DNA from: Lama glama
Taxonomy: Eukaryota
Length of the DNA: 64,000 nucleotides
Assembly: GCA_028534125.1 (NCBI GenBank)
Contig: CM052816.1
Span: 3,040,001-3,104,000, forward strand
Reading direction: 5' to 3'
Shown in pieces: positions 24,050 through 39,445 of the stretch. The notes beneath the pieces are model-generated. The model was not told the origin of the DNA, searched no databases, and saw only the letters and a program-made list of their open reading frames with translations. The position numbers were made by a program, and so were the translations under genes. Each line of letters opens with the position of its first letter. Positions within the stretch are counted from its first letter, which is position 1.

Positions 24050-27000
24050 GCATGAAATAAAGCTCTTTATTATAATCTTACTTTCAGTTACTCACTTGAA
24101 GGCCAGCGCCTAATTATTTCACATGCTGTATCCCGCTTCACCATAGGCGGCTGGGAAATCATTGCTTGACACAGAGAGGGGAAGGGCTCTGGAAGGGCTT
24201 GACCTGAAGCGCCGCCAGGAGACTTACTAGCACTGCCCACCCACTCCTGCCCCCGGTGCCCAGCCTCAAACAACACAGTCTTCTGTGTCTATTAGAAATT
24301 TTCCTCAGATTCAAGAGCGTATTTGCTTGCAGTCTTGGAGTGGAGGCTTAATTCTGATCGTGGAATCGTAAGAGAACTGCAGCCTGTCACAGATGGGCTC
24401 TCCGCCCTCGAGACTGGGGGAAATTGAATTGTTTCCAAAAGTGAGGCAGCGGCTGAGAAATAAGGGCACCAAGACAGTTCTCCTGGAGTAATCCCCTGCC
24501 AGCAGGTGGGAAGAGGCCGAGGGGCACTGGCAGTGTCCTGAGGAGAAATGAAGAACCCCACATATGAGAACAGCAAGCCGGCTCCCTAAAACGGTGGACA
24601 CGGGGCAGTCTGTCTTCCTCACCCTTCCCCCAGCACAGTCACCGGCTGATTGCCCTCAGTCAGGCTTCCTAAGCTTCACATTAGGTAAATTCAATATTGG
24701 TAAGAAACGTTTATATTGCCACTTGAGTAGATAATAGTTTGTTTTCCCTTGATTATCTCAGTCCAGACCGGTGAGCATTTTATAATAAATTGCAGCAGCG
24801 ACTGGAGATCTGGAGACTCGGGTCCTTCCGGGACTCCAGTTAGGCAGTTCTCTTTAAGACACTGCCACCTAGTGGTCACTGAGCAGACTGAAGTACGCTT
24901 CATTCACATCCAAGGAGAGAACCGGGTTGGGCAAAGTACATTTTTTTTTCCTTTGCCACTCCTACCCAGGAAGTGTAGGGAGAGTGACAGAAGATACATC
25001 TCATTGCACTGGCCTCCACTCGCTGCCAATATTTAAACATCACTGTACATTTTAAATGTCAAGCTAGCTGACTCTTCTGCTTTTTTTGATTAATGAGGAT
25101 TTTTCATTTAATCACAAGTCTTTGTGATACAGGACAACCAGGGCCAGAACTGGAACACGTGGGTCTTGCCTCCCTTTCCTCCACTGCGGTGGTTAGAAAT
25201 TTCCTGTGTGTTGGCTAAGCCCAACTTAATGCATTCTTTGAAAGTGGGGAATTGGGTCTTGACAGTTAACTCGAGGTTTCCCTCTCTGAGGATCAATGTC
25301 ATTGTTACTTGTCCACCTTACCCAGGTGACTCCGTGCTGGAAGCACACAGAGGAAATCATGTGATCAATGTCGCAAATCTTTGGGCAGTTCAACTTCCTG
25401 TTACGTGCACAGAGGGAAGCTGGTGGCAAATCCAGGTACTCCTGGAAGCATGTGAGGATCAATTAGTCAGTTGTGGCGAAATCCTCCAGGGGAGCAGAGT
25501 CAGTCTCAGCGGTGAGCAGAGTGGATCACTGCCAGTGAGCTATTAGGCAGAATAAAGCCACAGGGCAGTTACCATTGCTGGGCGCTTAGAAGAGATAATT
25601 CACAATGTGGCCCGAATTCCTTTTCTAAGCGTGAACTTCAAATAAACTTAGAAGAACAAAGCAGTCTCAAGGATAGTGATCTAGATGTGTGTGCTTTGGT
25701 AAAGGAAAGACTCGAGGTTACAACGATGAGACTGCAGGAAGCTTGAGACAGTTTAACTCTCTAGGTCAGCATCTTCACTTGGTAACAGACTCCCCTGCCT
25801 CCTCCCCCCACCCCCACCTGCCACCCCCAATCAGCAGAGACAAAGCAGTCAGTACATTAATACAATCACATTTATTACAGTTTCCAGACTCCCATAAGAC
25901 ACATACCTAAAGAAGAACGCTGCAAAATGATGTTACTAGTAGCAACCCTCCCTAAACAGGAAGGGTTTAGGTGAATTTAACAATTAGGAGTAATTTCAAG
26001 ACAAGATTAAAAGTCATGTTTTTTCTTTTAGCAGCTGGTATACGAAGAGTGAAATTATAAATACATAGAGTCATTCAGGTTTAGCCTTGTCTAAAAAACA
26101 TTAATAAGTCACGGCACAGAGGGGTGTCCCCAGGGTTGCCAAACACAAAGCTAATGTCTTTAGATGTCAGTGTGAAATAAGCAAATCACTTTTTAAGACA
26201 TCACTTACTGTCTGCTTTACTGTCAGGACAACAGAGAAAGAACTGGACAGCTGCCCTGCAACTTAGCTCACCCATAAGTCAGCCAGATACTCGTTGTTTA
26301 ATAATACCCCTTGATTTTTTTTAAACATTTTCCCCCACAGCTCTAAAAACATAACATGAGACGTAACATAAGACATTTGCTCCAAAGGACTAAACATCAA
26401 AAGCAATTGCAATGCACTGGGAATAGCTTTTATAGCTTTCCTGAGGGACGGTTCCTATCTTTTCAGAGAATGTCTTTAAAGAAGCACTAACTCTGGTAGC
26501 TTATCAAACTACTTTTTATCCTAAATAAATAAAAGGCCAACTGAAGGTCTCAGGTGTACTTATTTTCCCTCCTAGCTCTCCAAGTCATCCAAAGCCACTT
26601 CTTGACAGAGAGCCTTCATTTTTATTAGAAGAGTGCAAGAGAACTTACAAACATCTGAAAAACACTCAAAACACTGAGAGCAGAGGAGGCCCAACCCTTC
26701 CTCAGAGCCCCGGAAACTGTGACAGGAACCCCAAAGGCTTATCTTAAAAATCCATCAATTCAATTTGCCAGAAAGTAATGACAGATTGCCCAACTTTGCA
26801 ACACAGGCCCAGATAAGATTTTCTTGCTTTACAATCACTAAGAAAAGCCTTCTGGGAGTAACTGCCCAGGAAAACACAAGCTGATGAACAGAAGTTACTG
26901 AAAAAGGGGACAGCTGCATTCTTTATCTGGCACAAGAAAAGAAAAATTCAAACGGTTGCAAAACCATTATATTCATACCAAGATACTCTTAGATGAATCC

Positions 27001-30000
27001 TGATCTCCCCACAGCAACCATTTCATTCATAAAAAATACACAAAGGATTGGAAAGCTTTGGGGCAGCACCAGTGACAGCAAGCTGTCTTTGAATAATTTT
27101 AATTTTTTCCTACAGGCAAAATTATGAGGAAATTTAAAGAAGTAACTTACAGAACAGATTCCATCTCATGATTTTGCCCACGCCAGCTGCCATGTCAGCA
27201 GTACAAACAGAAATACGAAAATCCACTCTGCATCAAGCTAGGTTTCTATTTTTTCTCCAGGGGCAGGAGCAGTACGCCTAGGTTTCTGTAAGGCTTCCGA
27301 GATTAAGGGCAGCTCAGCTCACGGCCTGACAATCTCTAAAGGTTTTCCTGGGCTGTTTCCCCATTTGATCCACCAAGGCCTCGAGCGAGGACTACTACGC
27401 ACCTAGACTTTAACGCTAACGGTTTCTGAGCTTGCTGACTTGACACGCACCATGCACAGAGAGCAAGGAACCAACTGGTCCAAGGCCACCTGCCTTAGAC
27501 GCTGCTACCCTGCCTAACCATCTCACAAGTGGCCCACCTCTGTCATAAATGGTCTCCGAAAGGAAGCAGCAATGCCTCTCAATACTGGCGTAAACTCAAG
27601 TGCAGGCTCTCCTGCAGAACAGCAGAACCATCGCTGTGCACAAAGAATGGCCCAGGAAATCGCGCTGGCGGTGAGGCCACACCTTCCCTTTGTCGATCCC
27701 ACATTGCCACCTAACAAAGCCAGACACCCCAGAGAAGACCTCAACACGCGCACAGGGCTGCCCTGTGAACTGCCCTGACAACGCGCTCCCACCGCCAGAG
27801 GTGGCTGTGAAGGACCGAGGGTGAATGTTCACAAATAAGTGCTACACCTCCTCAGTGTGCCAAACCCAAATCCCTGGAGAGTACGAGGCTCCGGTTTTGC
27901 TGTATTTCGGCAGCGTGGGGGCCCTCGGTGGGTCGGTGGCGGGCCTCCAGGGACCTACTGTTCTGCTGTTACTTCCCTCTTTTCTGCCTTCTCCTGAGGA
28001 AGACTTCCATTATTTCCAGAGCAACTTATTAACATGTCCTAGATGATCACATTCTTGAGCAGCACACACACTACTAGGACTTACTTTTCTTTCCTTTTGG
28101 AAAATGTCTCCAATAATCAAGAAAAGGCAATAATTAAAAAAAAAAAAAACTTCCCTGGGGGAAAAAAATTGAACATCATGCTTCGTACAAAACAGCACAT
28201 TTACTACACAGTACTCATTCCAGAATCACCGTCCAAACCAAAGAAATAAGTAGGGGCACATGGGCACATATGCTAGATCACACAGACTTTTAAAACAATT
28301 TTCAGAGCCGGAATTGTTAAGTTGGGCAGAAAAGCAGTAAATCGATCCTTACGTAGATATGTGAAAATTATATGCAAACGAGAAAACCAGCATGTGTTTA
28401 AAATAAATCAGATTAGATTTACTCAGGCACTACTAGGATAAGTGGAAATTGATTATATTCCTTTTGAATCCAAATTTCTACTTTATTGGGAAAAATATAG
28501 TAACCAGTACAGCTTCTAGCTGACGGACAAGAGGGCAGACAGTTAGGACAGCCAAACAGGGAAGGCTGGTAAAGAGGTAGAGGCAAGGGTGATTAAACAA
28601 ACAGCTACTAATTGGGAAACTGAGGTTCTAGATACGCCATTCAGAAGAGACCTAGACTGGCAGATTCCAAAGGCGACTGTTCGCTTGCGTCTGTAACCTA
28701 GAACCTCTCTAAATGTTCAGTGCCTCTAATCTGGTTCTGAAGAATGTATCTTAAATGCATTCTGAAATAAAAACAAAAAAACAGCTCCCACGGAGCCCCC
28801 TTTAGGGATGTGTCATCTTCAGATGCGCATCCTTCCTTGGCACTGCCACGTGAACCTCTCCCAGAGTGCGGGGCGGGGGGGGGGCGCAAGGGTGGTTCCC
28901 TCTCACAGTGACCAGAAAGGGGCGGGGCCTGGGATGCGGGAACAGCAAAGAAACGTTACTTTCCTTTTACTGAAGACGTTCTTCTGAGAACTTCCACTGT
29001 TCCTCAGGGGAAAGGATGGGAGTACGGAAAAGAGTTCCTGAAGCATCACTGCCTTCTGATGACCCCGACAGAGGTTACTTTCTTATATCATACAGCACCT
29101 GCCTTGCTCATGAGACACAGCACTTTTGCCATGCTATGAAACAGAGTAAAAATCACTCATGGCACTTAAACATGTTTAGAGACATTAACATGCCTTCCCC
29201 CAAACTCCTTTTCCCAGTGCCCCTGTGAGGTAGGTGTCTGATGGGGAAAAACAGAGGCAGAGGGGCTAGTCTGCTCTCCTTTCACTGTGTGGTGAGCCGG
29301 GGCCCGGCCGGCAGAAGGACCAGGAGTCCCGGCTCCCTGAACTTTATTCAGCCACTTCTCAGAAGCCTTACCTAAGTGACACAACAAATACAGCAGAGGA
29401 AGTTTTCTTTTCAAACGTTTTAACTGGTTAGCTATTTCTTATTCTCACTTTGAATGTAAGTTATCTAAAATAAAACCAAATATAAACTAACAAAAGGTCA
29501 ATACTGCCTAACAGTCTGTGTCAAAATGTAGCCTATTTTACACTGATGACTGAATAAACATATGATTCAAGTAGAAGTCGTAGCAGGTGGTCTGGTGTTC
29601 CGATTACTCAAGCCAGGCTGAGTAAAGTGTCCCTTGCAGACACCACTGTTGTACTTGGTGAGAAACTCTTTGGCCTGACATAACGGAATAAAATTACACC
29701 CCCGTTTCATGGAAAACTATCCTGAAAGATACTCCAGGCAGGGCCAGCCCTGCCTGGAAAGGGGACTCTCAGCCACACGATGTGTGTATTACTGAGTTCC
29801 TACAGAAGTCTTTGAAGCCAGACATGAAGGTCACGGTGTCCTGCCCTAAAGCTCACAGGACAGGTCACACTATGCACAGAGGGGGCAATACACAGGGTAC
29901 ATGCACTAGCACCATGCCACAGGAGTCAAAGAGGACAAGAGCAGCTTAGAGTCCCATCTGGTACACCATCTGCAGAAGCTCCCTCTGGCCAGGGGAAGAC

Positions 30001-30673
30001 CAGTGGGTCCTGTATTCCTTCCCGTAATGAGGAGAGGGATAAAGACAGAGCATTCATTGCTGGCTGCTGTGTGCATACCACCTATCCCAATTCTGCTCTT
30101 ACAGAAACTGGTAGCCTTCTTAGATCTTATAGATACTAAAAGATAGCGAATTACATTTCTTGGTCAAGAGAGAATGGTAGAATGGCGCAAAGCAAAATTC
30201 AAAGGTCAGTTACAAGATGGGCTGCAGGGCTCAGGGCAGTTTATACTGCTATTTATTCCTAGAAACAAATTCATGAGTGCTCAGGGCACTAGCTTTTAGA
30301 AATGAGATCATTTTTGAGGTGACACCATGCTGTAGTGTCTGTGGAGTGAATTCAATGTATACCATGTCCCCTAATTCAAGATCTTACTATATTTGGTTTG
30401 AGTGTCTGAGGCCATGACACCAAATCAGACACAAGCACCTCTGCACAGCTTTGGCCTTGGCATTAATGCAAACACCCACCCACCCTTCCAAGGCCTACCT
30501 CCCCTTCATGGAGCTCGTCTCCCAGAGGGCCCCAGCCTGGCTCTACGCTCTGCACATGCAGGACCAGAGGGAATCATTCCAACTCAGAGTTTCATTGGGA
30601 TACTAGGATACAGCATAGCAGCGGTTCATGCACCTTATGTCTAAAAACCAAAGCTCAGGTGAAGCCCAGCTGG
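24050..30673 (-). other. LSM11: Putative long LSM11 3' UTR (distal end uncertain)
   Basis: Follows stop codon; repeat-poor; minus-strand AATAAA candidates at 30252, 29343, 28482, 26621 and 24066; human LSM11 is recalled to have a multi-kb 3' UTR. Confidence 0.4.
24860..24878 (-). promoter_or_regulatory. CTCF consensus motif
   Basis: Minus strand TGACCACTAGGTGGCAGTG fits CCASYAGRKGGCRS fully. Confidence 0.6.
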
Positions 30674-31084
<411 letters not shown>

Positions 31085-31491
31085 CTACAAGGAAAGAAAG
31101 CAATGATAAATATCAGACTTCTCTTTCAACATCCCTCTTTCAGCACATAGAAAAGACCAGGTCCCTTAATCACGCTCTGTGGGCTCTCTGCTCTGCAATT
31201 TTTCAAAAGCTAGTCATGAGTCTTCTATTCCTAGCCATGACTCAGGTAAATCATAAGTATGTCAAGAGAAAAGATACTCACTTTTTTATGATATAAAACT
31301 GAAAGACTTATAAGCCTCAGAAGAGGTAACTTATTGCTCAGACAATATGCAGGTAAGAAGCACGGACGCATTTCAGGTTCGCTGGGGGCATGAGAAAAGG
31401 GACTAATGAAGACGCTGGTCCAGGCATAGCTGGTTGACAGCAACAGGACTTTCCCACTAGGGAACCCCATGGCCCTGGCTCAGGGACCTTA

Positions 31492-31629
<138 letters not shown>

Positions 31630-31874
31630 CTAGAGGAAAACAGCCCAAAGGGGAAAAATCAGGCCGAGTTAAAATATTATTTTTACAGCTTTCAGGAAAA
31701 GGTTTAAAAGGCAGAATAACATCTAATTGTAGCAGAACTAAACTTAACAGGTGACTCAGCTCTTGGGCAGGAAAAATGGTAATACCTGGCACCCTGAGTG
31801 GGAATTCGAAGCTGCTTTAACCACATAAGATGGGTTTCTCTTACAGTGAGGGGCCTTCACAAGTGCAAGGTAGA

Positions 31875-32055
31875 GGTTCTTAAATTTCTGGGAGCATGAA
31901 CATCTAGGAAGCATATAAAATTCAGATCCAAGGTTACTCTCCTACACATTCTGATTCAATTGGTCTGGGGTGAATCCTAGGAACTGTCTGTTATAACCAG
32001 AAACCCCATGGTTCTGATGCAGGACAGCCTCAGACCACACTTTAAGAAACACTAG
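31875..32055. mobile_element. MER5-type hAT-Charlie MITE
   Basis: ttctgattcaattggtctgggg...ttctgatgcagg...gaccacactttaagaaacact. Confidence 0.65.
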
Positions 32056-32299
32056 TCTATTTCTTCTTTTTCCTTTTCAGTTTCTATGTCCCATGACAGC
32101 AATTAATACACATTGATGAAGGTTACACACAGAGTTGCTGGTGAATTCTTGCTGTTGAGAGACTAACAAATGAGATCATGTATGAGAAATTACTTTGAGA
32201 AGTATGAATCACCCTACAAATACAAGCTCATAGTATTAACACTACCACCACTGTCATCAAATAGATTCTCTTAAGCCTGTCCCTTCAAAGGTAAAATTG

Positions 32300-32660
32300 T
32301 AATAATAAAGTATTTTTCTCCTACATTTTAGAGATGAGAAAACTGAGGCTCAGAGAAGTGTGCCTAGAGTCACACAGCCACCACGTTGTAAAGCTAGGAT
32401 TCAAATCCAGGATTTCTAACTCCATAATGGTTGAAAACATGGTCTCAGAGGCCAGAAAGAACCTGGGATAAAGTCATGGTCGTCCCACTTACTAAAAGTG
32501 TGCTCTGGGACCAATCTTCCAAAATCGCTAGCCTCAATTTCTTCACTTGTGAAATGGAAGAGTGACAGACCTACGCTCACCCACTGAGATAATATATATG
32601 AAGCCTTCAGCACACAGCACACAGCACAGGCTCAGTGAGCATTAGCAACTACTGTTGTTA
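32300..32660. mobile_element. MIR SINE fragments
   Basis: Core cattttagagatgagaaaactgaggctcagagaag and an oppositely oriented agcctcaatttcttcacttgtgaaatgg. Confidence 0.7.
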
Positions 32661-33107
32661 TCATCAAGGGGAATGCACAGACGGGGACAGAGCACAAGGA
32701 AAAGAAAAATTAGCAATGGAAGATTGTATGGAAAGAAACACTAGACAGCCCTGGTGGCTCCCATTTTAACTGTCTCATATTACAGTTGTGTTACGATATA
32801 CCTCTTCTCTCCTACAAATGTCTAGTAAACAGACAGTAAGCCTCTAGGACGCCGGGGCACGTGGTACACTCCTTCATAAGGGAACACTATGCCAAGTGTC
32901 CTGCTTATTAATATGCCTGCTTCACCTCTATCCTCATCTGTCTTTCCAAAATCTGTAGAGTGAAAGTTCCTTTCTGAAATTACTGTACTTAGCACCGTGC
33001 CCAGCCGAAGTAGGAAGTCAATAAATATTTAATTCAAATGAAGGATAGTTGGTAGGAAATCAATACCAAATTACTAAACGACAAAATAAGTTTAAAATCC
33101 CTTAAGG

Positions 33108-33335
33108 CTAGATTTCTCAACTCTGATACTAGTTACATTTTGGACCAGATAATTCTTTGCTGTCAGGGGGCTGTCTTGTGTATTGTAGGATATGCAGCAA
33201 CAGCCCTGGCCTCTACCCACTAGATGCCAGCAGTACCCCATCCCATAGTCGTGACAATCAAAAAAATGTCCCTAGACGTTCCCAAACATGCCTGGGAAGG
33301 AGGAATGGGCAAAACCACCCCAGTTAAAAGCCCGT
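33108..33335 (+). mobile_element. MER20 hAT-Charlie element
   Basis: tttctcaac...ttggaccagataattctttg...ctctacccactagatgccag...gtgacaatcaaaaaaatgtc; contains CTCF-like CCACTAGATGCCAG at 33217-33230. Confidence 0.85.
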
Positions 33336-33462
33336 GACTTTAGGAAAGGCAATAAAAAACACTTTTCTGTTGTTGCCCATGAGAGTGCAAAGATTCTAGT
33401 TCTTCTGGGAAGTTATTCTGGAGGTTTTCCTCCAGATAGATACATAAAAGATTTAATCCCTA

Positions 33463-33846
<384 letters not shown>

Positions 33847-35735
33847 TCAGCTGTACGGCCATCACCCAGATATTTCACGAACTCTATGTTCTAGATTCTA
33901 TAACGTCACTGATTCTAAGAGGCACCATTGTTTAAAAATTTGGGGGGGCAAAAAGGAAATACTATGTTAAATGCACACATCAGCAGTTAGGTTCTTCTCA
34001 GTTTTATGCTTTGTTGAGACAATTTTTCTCAGATAAATCCCATGAACAGCAAGCAAGCTTGAGCTTTCCAAAGAACTAAAAACCGTGGTCATATGTTTAA
34101 AGGAAACGAACCGTGGGCCTCATCTGCCCTTCAACACATGCAGTCATCTAAGAGAGGATGGCCCTTTGGTGCCCCAGTCTGAGCTACTCCATGCATGAGC
34201 TCTCTGGGGCCACCAGTGTTTCAGTGTCCATCATCTCTGCACTAGGAGGAGCAGGCCTGACTGTATTCCAAGCCTTGCTGGTGTAAAGGCACCTGCCGAG
34301 CATCTTGCTCTTAGGAGATTGATGATAAGCATCACATAAAAAGAACAGTATGACGGTTCATGGGACAAAGGCTGGGATTATAAACTGCAGCTTTTTCTAT
34401 GATGGATACTTGTTTTCAAAGCTTGGGAGCAAGGATGAATTTTATTTTTATTATTTCATGTTAACTTAACCTTCACAATATGCTAGCTATACTACAGAAA
34501 ACCTCCCTAAAGAAAACCACATACAGACACACACTCACACATACACAGTCGCAGTCTTACCCCCCAAGTTTGCAAGGCAAAATCCTTCGGAGATTATTGC
34601 CACTGATAGTAAACAAACAAAAGTTTTCTGTTTCGTTTCTATTAACATAACAGAGAACAACTTCCGGGAAGTTATTCTGGAGGTTTTCCTGAATGAGGGC
34701 CTTTAGATACATAAAAGATTTAATTTTCAATCTGCATAACTAAGGTTGGTTACTCTTAACCTCCTTATGCCTCACTCATGAGTTGGTTTATAAATGATGG
34801 CAGTGATAAATTAATAAAAGAAAATATTCTTGGATTAAGTTAGCAGATGAGAAGTAGGAGCTTGTCAGACTGAAGATTCAGCAAGAAGACACAGCTGGAG
34901 GCAGAGTGACAGAAACAGTGGCCTTGGAAAAGGACATGAGAATCTAGTCTGACCTCCATCATCTCTCTCTCCTCCAGCCATATTTTAAAATTCTTTGAAC
35001 CTCTGATATAGAAAGGTGTGTGTATGTACATATATCCAGACACGTGCTGTAGACAGTGTTCAATCAAGCACTGTAAACAATTTTTAGGTCATTATAACTA
35101 GTTGTGTGACCTTGGTGAGCAACTTTTTTTCTGCAAGTCCATGTTTCCTCATTCATAAAATGAGGTTAGACTAGTTAACTTCTAGATTCACGTAAGGACT
35201 AAGTCTCTTTAATTCGATTTCTTAGAAACTAATCACAATGCCTAGATTACCCCCTCTCTGCATACACATGCACTGCTCCCCCACTCCGCCACCATACACA
35301 TATATATTTCCACAGAGTAGAAAGACTACTTTGTTCCTAACTTGGAAGAAACAGGGGCACTACTTCTCCCTACGCAGCCCCAAATCAGAGAGAAAGGACA
35401 AGAATCTTAACAACAGTCTCTTAGTCTAATTAAACAAACAGCAAACTCAGGTTTTCAACCCTCACGTCTGTACCTTTGACTTTTCATTTTCAAAGATTTG
35501 ATATGGTGTTATTCCAGGGAGTATCTCTGGATACTACAACACTACAAAACTACAACACTGGTACCACCTACCAGAGCAAAACACCAAGAGGAAAATGAGC
35601 CCCACACTCTGAATCAGGAGGCACATTCTGAAGCTCTTCCCAGCAGGCTCCGTGACAAACCCCAAATGGATATGAGCCAGGCTTCCGAAGCTTAGTATCA
35701 CAAAAATATACATTTTTTTACCCTCATTTTGCATA

Positions 35736-35780
<45 letters not shown>
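35736..35780. repeat. (GT)n(AT)n microsatellite
   Basis: tgtgtgtgtgtgtatatatata... Confidence 0.95.
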
Positions 35781-35783
<3 letters not shown>

Positions 35784-36079
35784 TTATCTTTGAAGAAATT
35801 ATTCTTCCAAATTCCATCTCCACTGTCATTACTCTTGGGCCACACCTTTCCAAATCCAGGCCATTTTAAACCCCTCTTGTTTCCCCCTGTTCGTAGCCAT
35901 CACGAAGTTCAGACAGTAGGTTCTCAATAATCAAGACCTGCCTTTTCTTTTCTCTTCCCACAACCAACAGTACAGTTCAGAGCCTCATCAGATGATGGGT
36001 TCACTTCAAGGGTCTCCTAGCTCCCTAGCCCTCCCACATCAATGTCATCATCATCACTGTCACCAACATTATCACCAGT

Positions 36080-37080
36080 TACCAAGCGCTCAGTACGTGG
36101 CCAGTTGCTGTGTAAGTTAACTTTATATGCATCATTTTACTTAATCCTCACAACTCGAACACACAGGTACTACTATTTCACCTCATTTAATAGATGAGGA
36201 AAATGAGGCTCAGAAAGGTTTAAATATTTCGCTCCAGGTTACTTAGTTACCTAGTAAACTGCTGAGCCAACAGTCAATTCTGGCAGGTTATACTGCATTG
36301 TGACCTGGGGCTTTTAATTATGACAGTCTAAAACTAATAATAACCACAGCCACCACCCACAGCAATCACGGTTGCATTTAATACTCTTGATGAGAATTGC
36401 CCTACATTCTAGGGGACATCGTAATTGTAAGCCTTTAAATGTTAACTAATTTAAATGTCACAGCTACAGCTAGGTTCTCTTATTGCCCTCACTTCACCTA
36501 TGAGGAAACTGAGGCCCCAGGGAGTTGAGGTAACTTGCCTAAAGCAAAACAGCTGGGAAGTGGAGGAGCCAGTCTTCAAACCTAGGCAATCAACCCCGAG
36601 TCTGTGATCTACTCTGCCTCCCCAAATACACGTTACCCCTAGAAACTCGGCTATTAGAAACATTTGCCGTACAAAGGCTCCTGCTTACAAATATACACCA
36701 TGGTTCCACTCTATCATAACAAAGTCAAGGAGAAACTCTTTGGTCCTCAAAGCATTCTGGCAACAAATCCCTCTCTGGACCCAGATTCAATCCTCATTGC
36801 TCTGGACATAAACCACATATGTAGCAACCTCCACCCACCAAAAAGCAGCAAGGAAACATCAGTACTCTTCCTCTCCTGAGACTAGCATAATGGTTAAGCA
36901 CACTGGACAATCCAGGACTCACTGCAGGCTAATTATGTGATGCGGGGCAAGTAACTGAGCTCAGTGAGCCTCAGTTTCCTTGTTTATCAAGTAGTATCCG
37001 AGGGTACAATGAGATATAATGCATTTAAAGAGCTTAACACTGTGTATAGCACATATTGGCTCAATAACAGTAGCTATAAT
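36080..37080. mobile_element. Cluster of three MIR fragments in LSM11 intron 1
   Basis: gatgaggaaaatgaggctcaga (~36195), tgaggaaactgaggcccc (~36501), tgagcctcagtttcc (~36965). Confidence 0.7.
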
Positions 37081-38661
37081 TAACAATAAAATTACCGTGA
37101 ACTGACTACAAAGGGACATGAGGAAACTCTGCGATCATGGATGTGTTCTGTGCCTTGCTTGTGGTGGGTGATTTTGCAACTCTACACTTGTCAAAACTCA
37201 CTTTAAAAGAATGAATCTGGTTATATGTAAATTATACCTCAATAGCCTGATTTTTATATAATTACTGTTGTCGTCAACCTTAACTTCAAGATTTAAAGCT
37301 GACCTCTTATATGAACTCTTTCTTGAATAAATCTAATCCTCACCCATGCTTCTGTACTGTTTTTGCTTTCTGAAGGTCACCAACTCTTTGTGGTACCTAC
37401 TCGTCTCTACCATGTACACCCAACTGCTTCCAGGAGTGTGATTAAAATTTTCAGTGCCTAGGGCACATTCTGCAACTTAGGTTCTTGGCATATATTTCAC
37501 TGTGGCCTTCACACTTCGTCATACTAGCAATAGAGCCAAGTGTTCCACAGGTAAAGCCAAAATCATCCACCACATAGAAATATTTTTCTCTTAAAAATCT
37601 TGGAAGCAAAGCAGTAATTGTCAAAATGAAAATAAGATGTTACAATCTGAGACCTAGAGTGCATTTCAAAGATCTGATAGTGGTAAAAAAAAAATATGGG
37701 CAAAATAAGGTCGCCCCAAATGCTCTTAATTTAGGAACATGCATAATTTATCTTTGTGCCACTGCTGAGCAAGCAACCTGGGGTAGCTTAGGGATGCTCC
37801 GGCACAGTAAGTCACCCTAACAGCATTCAGCTTTTCAGGATGTTTCTCTTAACAAACACATTTCTAGGAATGAAAGAAAATACTCCTTTGCTTAGCACAA
37901 CTCTCCATTCCAAAGGAGTGATTTAATAATGCCACAGTTCAGCCATCAGGGTACAGATGCTTTGAATGGCTAAGTAGGTCATTGTGTTCACGGGGCAGAT
38001 GTCAGAGCTGCTTGCCAGATGACAAAAGATATAACCCTGGGCTGTTTTTATTCCATTTACACAAGACCTAACTCGCACATTAGCAGCCTCTGCTGTTTAC
38101 AGCTTTACTCTAAGGATCTATTAGGAGGCTGCAAGAAATTCCCTTGTGCCATTTACACCTTCAGAACTGAAATTAACCTGTGCATATGGTAATATGAGCC
38201 TGACAGACAAGTCCTGCACCTAGCCTGGCAGAGTGGCTATAAAACAGTGTCTGTTTCGGCGGCATTTTGTGCCTGCTGCACTCCAGCACTTGTGACTTGC
38301 TAATGTAAATATATGTATATCAAGATCCTGCAGCCCTCCTCCTGCTTACAGCACCAAGAACGAGCTGTCACTTAAAGTGCAGGGGTTAAAGAGATTATGT
38401 TCCCTGTGCTATCTGAATAGATCTTACACACCATCCCATCATCCCCAAACCTCACTGATCACTCTCCCTCTCCTAAAACCTCCCCCTCCCCTACCGTGTG
38501 TGGTCCCAAGACCTCTTTATCGCCTGCCTCTGCAAACCCGCTCTGTGATGTCTGGTTTCCAGGCCCAACACCTCTCCAGACCCTCCAACACTCCGGCAGA
38601 TCCTTTCTATAGGCTATTCATCACCTCTGTAGCCACTTCAGTGGACCCCAACACCTCTACG

Positions 38662-38761
38662 NNNNNNNNNNNNNNNNNNNNNNNNNNNNNNNNNNNNNNN
38701 NNNNNNNNNNNNNNNNNNNNNNNNNNNNNNNNNNNNNNNNNNNNNNNNNNNNNNNNNNNNN
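38662..38761. other. Assembly gap (100 N) in GC-rich start of LSM11 intron 1
   Basis: Run of N. Confidence 1.

Positions 38762-39445
<684 letters not shown>

Noticed and set aside
25124..25546. 140-aa + strand ORF
   Set aside because: Non-ATG start, no recognisable homology, likely antisense to the LSM11 UTR
27790..27806. CTCF-like ACCGCCAGAGGTGGCT
   Set aside because: Mismatches the core GGC positions; too weak to call
33417..33436. Histone-type stem-loop in a U7 pathway gene
   Set aside because: Stem sequence and length differ from the SLBP consensus GGYYYT-TTYH-ARRRCC, and the TTTT loop is on the non-transcribed strand
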